DNA of 64,000 nt, taken from assembly GCF_036365525.1 (NCBI RefSeq), contig NC_090411.1:32132432-32196431 (forward strand), written 5' to 3'. The translations under genes were made by a program, and so were the position numbers. Source of the DNA: Heterodontus francisci. Its lineage: Eukaryota. Of the stretch, positions 51,555 through 64,000 are shown one piece after another. The first letter of the stretch is position 1. The number at the start of each line of letters is the position of its first letter. Under the pieces are notes generated by a model that did no database searches, was not told the DNA's origin, and was given only the letters and a program-made list of their open reading frames with translations.

Positions 51555-52432
51555 GGGAGGTCTTCTCGGTGCACATTTGCTGATGGCTGTGAAGGCTATT
51601 CCTTGAGAAGCAGATTCTGCCACAAGTGTTGCAAGTGAAGTTACCAAGTGACGCTGCGTTTTTGGCCTTGGCGCCTGTGCCAATCTACTGTGGCCATTTG
51701 TTGTCATGGTACGCCATTTCCCCCTTTTACCAGCTAGTGACTCCCAGATGCAATAGTCAACGTTTAGGGTCTTCATGTCACGCTTGCAAGCGTCCTTGAA
51801 GTGGAGCTTTGGGAGCCCCACTGGATGTCTGGTTCTGGCTACCTCACCATACTTTGGGTATGCGACCATCTTCCATCCTGCAGACGTGTCCGATCCACCG
51901 AAGCTGCCTCTGTTTGATTAGTGCCAACACACTTGGGAGGACTGCCACATTTGTGATTTTGTCCTGCCAGGATATACCCACAATGCACCACAGACAGCAA
52001 GATGGACATTATTGAGCTTCTTTTCCTGGTAGCTGTAAGTTTCCCATGTTTCACAGCCATACAGCAAGGTGCTGAGAACACAGGCCTTATAAACCATCAG
52101 CTTGTTTCTAAGGGTCAGCTTGATGTTATCCCATGAGCGTTTTGTGAGTTGGCCAAAGGGGGTAGCTGCTTTTCCTATGTGTGTATCGAGCTCCGCATCA
52201 AGGGACAGACTGTCTGTCACCATGGACCCAAAGTAGCAGAATCTGCTAACCACTTCCAGTCGGGTGTTATTCAGTGTGATCAGGGGCAGAGAAGCAACAC
52301 CTTGTCCCATGACCATGGTTTTTTTGACGCTTATAGTCAAGAAGAACAAGTTAAAAGCAGAGGAGAGACAGTCCATGAGTCTTTGTAACTGAGTTTCCAT
52401 GTGAGCTGTATCCAATCTAGTCCTTCTGGAGG
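51555..52432 (-). mobile_element. Old RTE LINE fragment
   Basis: LTISVKKT, YFGS, SLDAELDTHIGKA, VYKACVLSTLLYGCETW. Confidence 0.8.
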
Positions 52433-54134
52433 GAGCAAACATCTTTCATTAAACGCATAAAGTGAATAACCTAAACCACAAAGTCAGTTCAATAGATTTT
52501 CTCCTTCCCCACCCCCTTCCTTAACCTCAACATTTTCTCTTCCTTCAGCAGTTGCTCCAAAAGTGTATCAATTTGTATTTCAGCATATTGTACATTTCAT
52601 ACCAAATCCATTGCAAATCCTACAAGATCTTCACTTGTCTCCTTCGCCCTTACCAATAGATTCATATGTTGATGCTACAATTGTAATTATCCAATGTTTA
52701 CAAGTTAATTTTGGGATTGTAGTTGAGAACCGCACAGCATGAAATAACATTGCCGACTTCAACAATGGGAAATAGGCCGCACACAAGCAGCAGTGCCTTT
52801 AAGATGAACAGGTGAACAGCCACGTGGAAATCCTAAAGGGAATTACAGGGAACAGTGATCTTCACTCATTCCATTTGCATCTCTCACAGAGGTTCCCAGT
52901 CACCTTATTCAATTTTTGCCACTGTGTGAAAATTCACAAATAGCAAAGGCTGCATCTCATCACATTGAGATTTTCATACTGATCAACATCCCTACTCCCT
53001 ACAAGTAGTGACACTGATTTCAAAGAGGTCCTGTGGAAAGAATCAGTCAATGGTTCCCTCTGAACCAGTTACCACAGGCCTTATACAAAGTCTCTGCTGT
53101 CCACCTGGGTGGCCATTGAGTGACCATGTGCTGTCCATCAATTTGGTCAAAACCATTCAGGACCGCAGGACATTCACTGCATCTCGGATACTTTTTGACC
53201 AGAACAGGTGTAAATACCCGGATGCATTTTCTGTTCAGGTGGGTCAACCGTGCCCGTTGGTGGCATCTCTCCCGAGTTGCTCATGACTGTAGCACGATTG
53301 GTGGCTCCAGATGTGAATCGCTGCCACCCTGCCTGGCCCATCTAAAACAGAGATTTAATCCAATGCAACACATCTCATCACCTAATCCAGGACTGAACCA
53401 CTTCTGTAATTAAACCAGATCTCACAGCTTTAGATTTCAGAGAAACACGAACATGAGGCAAATGAACCACAGGGTAGATAATGAAATTTATCTTTCCCAA
53501 ATTCCTTTGCAAAGAAACAAACTCGGTCAGATTATAAAAAGCTGCTTTAGAAAAAATAGCAAATTATCATTTAATTTGAGGTTGTGGTGCTGGAATGTTA
53601 AACCACGAGGTACTTTCAGATTTGAGGAATGTCAAGGAACCTTTAGGAAGGGTGCAGAGGAGGTTTACCAGGAATTTACCAGGGATGAGGGACTTCAGCT
53701 ATGAGGAGAAGTTGCAAAAGTTAAGACTGTTCTCCACGGAACAGAGAAGGTGAAGAGGTGACTGAACAGAGATCTTCAAAGTGATGAGAGGGTTTTGATA
53801 GAACAGATAGAGAACAATTATTATCTCTGGCAAGTGGATCAATAACCAGAGGTCATAGATTCAAAATCATTGACAAAGAATCTAGAGAGAAGATGAGAAA
53901 TTTTTCATTGAGAGAGTTCTCGGGATCTGGAACGCTCGACCTGAAAAGGTGCCGGAAGCCGATTCCAGAAATAATTGTAATGGGAGTTGGACAGGTGCCT
54001 GAGGATCAGAAACGTAATGGGCAATGGACAAAAAATAGGGCAATAAGCATGACTGCTCCTTCCATGAGCCAGCACAGTCACAAAGGGCCGAATGGCCTCC
54101 TGTGCTTTAAGTTTCTATGACTGTAACCCAAAAG

Positions 54135-54335
54135 CAGTGAGACTAAGCTCCCAAATCTGCCTGTACCTCAAAGCTCTGATTGGCTCTGGGCCTCACTCCC
54201 TCCCCAATACCCCATCCCCTTTGTTCATTGGTGCCTAGATTCATGGGCGATTCCAGACTGGTTATTAGGGATGTCAATCATCATTGGTGATGTCATTGCC
54301 TGTCTGAAATCAGGCTGTTCCAGTGGTATAAATAC
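54135..54335 (+). promoter_or_regulatory. Ferritin copy 7 promoter
   Basis: Near-identical to the copy 6 promoter; TATAAA at 54327. Confidence 0.7.
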
Positions 54336-54414
54336 AGGAGATTGTGGTAGAAAGAGTTAATGCTGGAATTTACTAGGTGATAGTGAGCAGTAATAGTATA
54401 TAGTAATAACTAAG

Positions 54415-56631
<2,217 letters not shown>

Positions 56632-57703
56632 CTGAACTGACTGCAGGGATCAAGCTTGCTGTCTTTAGTGCTCATGTTTTCTATTTGTGTGCATGCAAGT
56701 TTGTGGAGTTGAGACCTGGTCTCTTTAATGTGAAATGTAATAACTAAATAAACTGCTCAATATTGGACTGGAATTTGCTTCCTTGGAATTGTTTAAATCT
56801 GCTTGCTCTTGCATAACAGCATCTTTAAACATTATAAAACATTCAACAATGCTTTACAAGACTGAACAAAATATGTTTCTCTGAGGCACAAAAGGAGACC
56901 AGGGAAAAGCTTAGTCAAAATGTCTTTTGTTTCTAAAGGAGTGATTGGAAGAGGTTTGGGGAAAGAACTCCAGAAGCTAAAGTACAAAGAGCTGTTACCA
57001 CTGGTGCTGAATATTCTCTGCCTCAATTTCAACTCTCTCGAACCCCCCTAAATACACAAATATTAGCTGAAACTTGTGAAAATGCAAAGGATGTTTGGAG
57101 TGAATTCATGTGCTTTTTTTCAGTCCCAGTCTCTGCCCGAGGGCTGAGCAGTTCTGGTATTTAATAAGGTACCAATCACAGTCTGAGTTCTTGTGCCATA
57201 CACCTGGTGAATTTCACTCATGCAAACCATAACTGCTGCTTCAGCCTTCCTGCTATGGCTATTGTACTCACAATGTCTGAATTCCAAATACTGAAGGGTA
57301 TTACAATTGGAAATTAACCTGCTATGCCATAATTTCAATCTTTCAGGGGGAGGAAGTATGGATTCTGGGGACAAAGAGGGACTGGTATTGTAAATCTTAC
57401 ACCACCTCTCTCCCTCTAGGCTCTTATTTCCTTCCATAAACGCTTGGATAAGGTGAAGAAAGAGGAGAATGTGTGGAAATGTCCTCCAGTCAAATCCTTT
57501 TGGAAGCTGTGAACATATTTCATCAAATGCATAAAGCTCTTAAACCACATGTTGGCATCCTTCCACCGATGAAAGATGATTGCCATGAAGCAAACAATCC
57601 ATTTAGTCATTTACAGCACAGAAAGAGGCCATTCAGCCCATTGAGTCCATGCCAGCTCTCCACAGAGCTATGCTGTCAGTCCCAGTCTCTGGCACGATCC
57701 ATG

Positions 57704-60131
57704 TACAAAGAACAGTACAGCACAGGAACAGGCCATTTGGCCCTCCAAGCCTGCGCCGATCTTGATGCTTGCCTGAACTAAAACCTTCTGCGCTTCTGGG
57801 GTCCGTATCCCTCTATTCCCATTCTATTCATGTATTTGTCAAGATGCCTCTTAAACGTCTCTATGGTACCTGCTTCCACCACCTCCCCCAGCAACAAGTT
57901 CCAGGCACTCACCACCCTCTGTGTAAAGAACTTGCCTCGCACATCCCCTCTAAACTTTGCCCCTCTCACCTTCAACCTATGTCCCCTAGTAACTGTCTCT
58001 TCCACCCTGGGAAAAAGCTTCTGACTATCCACTCTGTCCATGCCGCTTATAACTTCGTAAACCTCTATCATGTCACCCCTCCACCTCCATCGTTCCAGTG
58101 AAAACAATCCGAGTTTATCCAACCTCTCCTCATAGCTATTGCCCTCCAGACCAGGCAACATCCCGGTAAACCTCTTCTGTACCCTCTCCAAAGCCTCAAC
58201 GTCCTCCTGGTAGTGTGGCGACCAGAATTGCACGCAATATTCTAAGTGTGGCCTAACTAAAGTTCTGTACAGCTGCAACATGACTTGCCTATTTTTATAC
58301 TCCATGCCCCGACCGATGAAGGCAAGCATGCCATATGCCTTCTTGAATACCTTATCCACCTGCGTTGCCACTTTCAGTGACCTGTGGGCCTGTACGCCCA
58401 GATCTCTCTGCCTGTCAATACTACTAAGGCTTCTGCCATTTACTGTATACCTCCCACCTGCATTAGACCTTACAAAATGCATTACCCCACATTTGTCCGA
58501 ATTAAACTCCATCTGCCATTTCTCCGCCCAAGTCTCCAACGGATCTATATCCTGCTGTATCATCTGACAATCCTCATCACTGTCCGCAACTCCACCAACC
58601 TTTGTGTCGTCCGCAAACTTACTAATCAGACCAGCTACATTTTCCTCCAAATCATTTATATATACTACAAATAGCAAAGGTCCCAGCACTGATCCCTGTG
58701 GAACACCACTAGTCACATCCCTCCATTCAGAAAAGCACCCTTCCACTGCTACCCTCTGTTTTCTATGACCGAGCCAGTTCTGTATCCATCTTGCCAGCTC
58801 TCCTCTGATCCCATGTGACTTCACCTTTTGTATCAGTCTGCCATGAGGGACCTTGTCAAAGGCTTTACTGAAGTCCATATAGATAACATCCACTGCCCTT
58901 CCTTCATCAATCATCTTTGTCACTTCCTCAAAAAGCTCAATCAAATTAGTGAGACACAACCTCCCCTTCACAAAGCCATGCTGCTTCTCGCTAATAAGTC
59001 CAATTGTTTCCAAATGGGAGTAAATCCTGTCCCGAAGAATCCTCTCTCATAATTTCCCCACCACTGACATAAGGCTCACCGGCCTATAATTTCCTGGATT
59101 ATCCTTGCTACCCTTTTTAAAGAAAGGAACAACATTGGCGATTCTCCAGTCCTCTGGGACCTCACCTGTAGCCAATGAGGATGCAAAGATTTCTGTCAAG
59201 GCCCCAGCAATTTCTTCCCTTGCCTCCCTCAGTATTCTGGGTAGATCCCATCAGGCCCTGGGGACTTATGTTTAGTTTAGTTTAGTTTAGAAATACAGCA
59301 CTGAAACAGGCCCTTCGGCCCACCGAGTCTGTGCCGACCATCAACCACCCATTTTATACTAATCCTACACTAATCCCATATTCCTACCACATCCCCACCT
59401 GTCCCTCTATTTCCCTACCACCTACCTATACTAGGGGCAATTTATAATGGCCAATTTACCTACCAACCTGCAAGTCTTTTGGCTTGTGGGAGGAAACCGG
59501 AGCACCCGGAGAAAACCCACGCAGACACAGGGAGAACTTGCAAACTCCACACAGGCAGTACCCGGAAATGAACCCGGGTCGCTGGAGCTGTGAGGCTGCG
59601 GTGCTAACAACTGCGCCACTGTGCCGCCCAACACCTCCTCCTTTTTGATAATGAGATGACTGAGACTATCTAGACTCCCTTCCCTAAGCTCATCATCCAC
59701 CAAGTCCTTCTCCTTGGTGAATACTGATGCAAAGTACTCATTTAGTACCTCGCCCATTTCCTCTGGCTCCACACATAGACTCCCTTCTCTGTCCTTGAGT
59801 GGGCCAACCCTTTCCCTGGTTACCCTCTTGCTCTTTATATACATATAAAAAGCCTTGGGATTTTCCTTAATACTGTTTGCCAATGACTTCTCATAACCCC
59901 TTTTAGCCCTCCTGACTCCTTGCTTAAGTTCCTTCCGACTGTCTTTATATTCCTCAAGGGATTCGTCTGTTCCTAGCCTTCCAGCCATTCCAAATGCTTC
60001 CTTTTTATTTTTGACTATGCTCACAATATCCCGCGTTATCCAAGGTTCCCGAAACTTGCCGAACTTATCCTTCTTCCGCACAGGAACATGCTGGTCCTGG
60101 ATTCTAATCAACTGACGTTTGAAAGACTCCC
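57704..60131 (-). mobile_element. 5'-truncated CR1 LINE, duplicate of 49125-51540, with a 411-aa RT ORF at 57778-59013
   Basis: [53 protein letters not shown]. Confidence 0.9.
59270..59629 (-). mobile_element. V-SINE (HE1-like) nested in CR1
   Basis: Same junctions as 50676-51035. Confidence 0.85.
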
Positions 60132-60144
60132 ACTAGGAGTGGGA

Positions 60145-61030
60145 GGTGGGAGGTCTTCTCTTGGTGCACATTTGCTGATGGCTGTGAAAGCTATTCCTTG
60201 AGAGGCAGATTCTGCCACAAGTGTTGCACGTGAAGTTACCAAGTGACGCTGAGTTTTTGGCCTTGGCGCCTGTGCCAATCTACTGTGGCCATTTGTTGTC
60301 ATAGTATGCCATTTCCCTCTTTTACCAGCTAGTGACTCCCAGATGCAATAGTCAACGTTCAGGGTCTCCATGTCACGCTTGCAAGCGTCCTTGAAGTGGA
60401 GCTTTGGGAGCCCCACTGGATGTCTGGTTCTGGCTACCTCACCATACTTTGGGTATGCGACCATCTTCCATCCTGCAGACGTGTCCGATCCACCGAAGCT
60501 GCCTCTGTTTGATTAGCACCAATACACTTGGGAGCTCTGCCTTTGAGATGACTGCCACATTTGTGATTTTGTCCTGCCAGGATATACCCACAATGCACCA
60601 CAGACAGCAAGATGGACATTATTAAGCTTCTTTTCCTGGTGGCTGTAAGTTTCCCATATTTCACAGCCATACAGCAAGGTGCTGAGAACACAGGCCTTAT
60701 AAACCATCAGCTTGTTTCTAAGGGTCAGCTTGATGTTATCCCATGAGCGTTTTGTGAGTTGGCCAAAGGGGGTAGCTGCTTTTCCTATGTGTATATCGAG
60801 CTCCGCATCAAAGGACAGACTGTCTGTCACCATGGACCCAAAGTAGCAGAATCTGCTAACCACTTCCAGTCGGGTGTTATTCAGTGTGATCAGGGGCAGA
60901 GAGGCAACACCTTGTCCAATGACCATGCTTTTAGTCAAGAAGAACAAGTTACAGGCACCGGAGAGACAGTCCATGTGTCTTTGTAACTGAGTTTCCATGT
61001 GAGCTGTATCCAATCTAGTCCTTCTGGAGG
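60145..61030 (-). mobile_element. Old RTE LINE fragment
   Basis: Duplicate of 51555-52432. Confidence 0.8.
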
Positions 61031-62736
61031 GAGTGAACATATTTCATTAAACGCATAAAGTGAATAACCTAAACCACAAAGTCAGTTCAATAGATTTTCT
61101 CCTTCCACACCCCCTTCCTTAACCTCAACATTTTCTCTTCCTTCAGCAGTTGCTCCAAAAATGTATCAATTTGTATTTCAGCACATTGTACATTTCATAC
61201 CAAATCCATTGCAAATCCTCCAAGATCTTCACTTGTCTCCTTCGCCCTTACCAATAGATTCATATGTTGATGCTACAATTGTAATTATCCAATGTTTACA
61301 AGTTAATTTTGGGATTGTAGTTGAGAACAGCATAGCATGAAATAACATTGCCGACTTCAACAATGGGGAATAGGCCGCACACAAGCAGCAGTGCCTTTAA
61401 GATGAACAGGTGAACAGCCATGTGGAAATCCTAAAGGGAATAACCGGGAACAGTGATCTTCACTCATTCCATTTGCATCTCTCACAGAGGTTCCCAGTCA
61501 CCTTAAAAATCTTCGCCATTGTGTGAAAATTCACAAATAGCAAAGGCTGCATCTCATCACATTGAGCTTTTCATACTAATCAACGTCCCTACTCCCTACA
61601 AGTAGTGATACTGAATTCAAAGAGGTCCTGTGGAAAGGATCAGTCAATAGTTCCCTCTGAACCAATAACCACAGGCCTTATACAAAGTCTCTGCTGTCCA
61701 CCTGGGTGGCCATTGAGTGACCATGTGCTGTATATCAGTTTGGTCAAATCCCTTTGCGACTGCAGGACATTCACTGCATCTCGGATAGTTTTTGACCAGA
61801 ACAGGTGTAAATACCCGGATACATTTTCTGTTCAGGTGGGTTAACCGTGCCCTTTGGTGGCATCTCTCCCGAGTTGCTCATGACTGTAGCACGATTGGTG
61901 GCTCTGAATGTGAATCGCTGCCACCCTGCCTGGCCCATCTAAAACAGAAATTTAATCCAATGCAACACATCTCATCACCTAATCCAGGACTGAACCACTT
62001 CTGTAATTAAACCAGATCTCACAGCTTTAGATTTCAGAGAAACACAAACATGAGGCAAAAGAACCAGAGGGTAGATAATGAAATTTATCTTTAGCAAATT
62101 CCTTTGCAAAGAAACAAACTTGGTCAGATTATAAAAAGCTGCTTTCGCAGAAATAGCAAATTATCATTTAATTTGAGGTTGTGGTGCTAGAATGTTAAAC
62201 CACGAGGTTCTTTCAGATTTGAGGAATGTCAAGGAACATTTAGGAAGGGTGCAGAGGAGGTTTACCAGGAATTTACCAGGGATGAGGGACTTCAGCTGTG
62301 AGGAGAAGTTGCAAAAGTTAAGACTGTTCTCCACAGAACAGAGAAGGTGAAGAGGTGACTGAACAGAGATCTTCAAAGTCATGAGAGGGTTTTGATAGAA
62401 CAGACAGAGAACAATTATTCCCTCTGACAAATGGGTCAATAACAGGAGGTCACAGATTCAAAATCATTGACAAAAACTCTAGAGAGAAGATGAGAAATTT
62501 TTCATTGAGAGAGTTCTCGGGATCTGGAACGCTCGACCTGAAAAGGTGCCGGAAGCCGATTTCAGAAATAATTGTAATGGGAGTTGGACAGGTGCCTGAG
62601 GATCAGAAACTTAATGGGTAATGGACAAAAAGTAGGGCATTAAGTATGACTGCTCCTTCCATGAGCCAGCACAGACACAAAGGGCCAAATGGCCTCCTGC
62701 GCTCTAAGTTTCTATGACACTGTAACCCAAAAGCAG

Positions 62737-62943
62737 GGACATCGTTGAGACTAAGCTCCCAAATCTGCATGTACTTCAAAGCTCTGATTGGCTCTGAACC
62801 TCACTCCCTCCCCAATACCCCATCCCCATTGTTAATTGGTGCCTGGATTCATGGGAGATTCCAGACTGGTTATCAGGGATGTCAATCATCATTGTTGATG
62901 TCATTCCTTGTTTGAAATCAGGCTGTCCCAGTGGGATAAATAC
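62737..62943 (+). promoter_or_regulatory. Ferritin copy 8 promoter (TATA changed to GATAAA)
   Basis: Near-identical to the copy 5 promoter; GGGAGATTCC at 62853; gtggGATAAA at 62935-62940. Confidence 0.65.
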
Positions 62944-63022
62944 AGGAGACCATAGTAGAAAGGGTCATTGTTGGAAATTTCTAGGTGATAGTGAGCAGTA
63001 ATAGTATATAGCAATAGTGAAG

Positions 63023-63124
63023 ATGGCTTCCCAAGTGTGTCAGAACTACCACAAGGACTGTGAGGATGCTGTTAACAAGCAGATCAACCTGGAGCTCTAT
63101 TCCTCCTATGTTTACCTGTCCATG
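63023..63124 (+). CDS. fth1-like: Ferritin copy 8, exon 1; gene continues past the window end
   Basis: [34 protein letters not shown]|gtgag. The window ends inside the conserved acceptor-proximal motif agcatgaagctgtttaaat just before exon 2. Confidence 0.92.
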
Positions 63125-64000
63125 GTGAGTGTTGTATTCCTTGTTACTGCATTCTGAAAAGTGGGAATTTCTCTAGTGTAGTTAACTAGCTTTAAACAAT
63201 ATTTATCTGTGAAATATTTGGGTGGGGAGGGGAGCAGTGGGATTCTTTGAATAGTGAGTGCTACAAGTGTGCAATATGGGGGGGGGGGGTGGTTCTTGTG
63301 AGTTAATGGACTGCTCCTTGTAGCAGCTGTTCTCTATTGAGTTTTTTTAATATGTAAAACTAGCTTAGTTACTACTTTGGGTTTGTAACTGATCACAAAC
63401 CTGATATTTAGATTGTTTAATTTAATAATTAGCAAAGGTTCAGTCTCCATGGAATGGCTTATTCTCCTCCTACTTTTTAAAAAAAAAAAGAAATCAGTGG
63501 GACAGCTTTTACTGCCTTAGGTCCCAAGTACTTTATAGTCAATGAAATGCTGTTTTTCTAGTGTCAACACTTGTAAAATAAGAAATGCAGTAGCCAATTT
63601 GTACAGAAAACTCTCAATAATGGGATAGTAATTGGACACTCTCTGGTGCATTGATATTTGGTTGTGATAAATGTTGGCATTCTACTGGAGAGAACTTTTA
63701 ACTTCTTTAAAGTAGTGTGATTTACGTTCAGCTGATGGGACCTTGGGTTAATATATCCTCATGTCCCTACCTAAAAATAGGAGGGAAAGCTTGGAGATTA
63801 GCTTGACTGCAATGAAAGGTCATTACAATCCTATTTCCTTTCTTTAGGATAACTTTCCCCTCTTGAACCTTCAAAAACAATAAATTGAATTTTGCTAGTT
63901 AACAAATATCCATTTTCTCCAAGATTGAGACCTTGCGAATTGGGGTATTTGGTCTTGTCTATAATATTATGATCTAGATCTAGCATGAAGCTGTTTAAAT

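Overview
Eukaryotic, most likely elasmobranch (shark or ray) genomic DNA, judged from HE1/V-SINE-type SINEs and CR1 LINEs. The window holds a head-to-tail array of at least 8 four-exon ferritin heavy/middle-type genes on the + strand. Seven are complete with intact GT-AG introns (175-176 aa) and the eighth runs off the right edge. They share a conserved CCAAT/kappaB-like/TATA promoter and have no recognisable iron-responsive element. Mobile DNA sits between and within the genes: (1) a near full-length Tx1-clade LINE whose 5' end is fused to nt 3-53 of U2 snRNA (Keno-like), apparently outside a U2 gene and at the end of a 255-bp inverted repeat; (2) an internally deleted endogenous foamy-like retrovirus with long LTRs, a Lys-type PBS, a PPT and foamy-like RNase H and integrase; (3) a young 5'-truncated RTE LINE; (4) many CR1, RTE and SINE fragments, several co-duplicated with the gene units. 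The truncated 3' LTR of the provirus is fused to the promoter of ferritin copy 2, which also carries a ferroxidase-site Glu27Lys change and a mutated CCAAT box. All family assignments and identity estimates are by eye and from memory; no searches were run.
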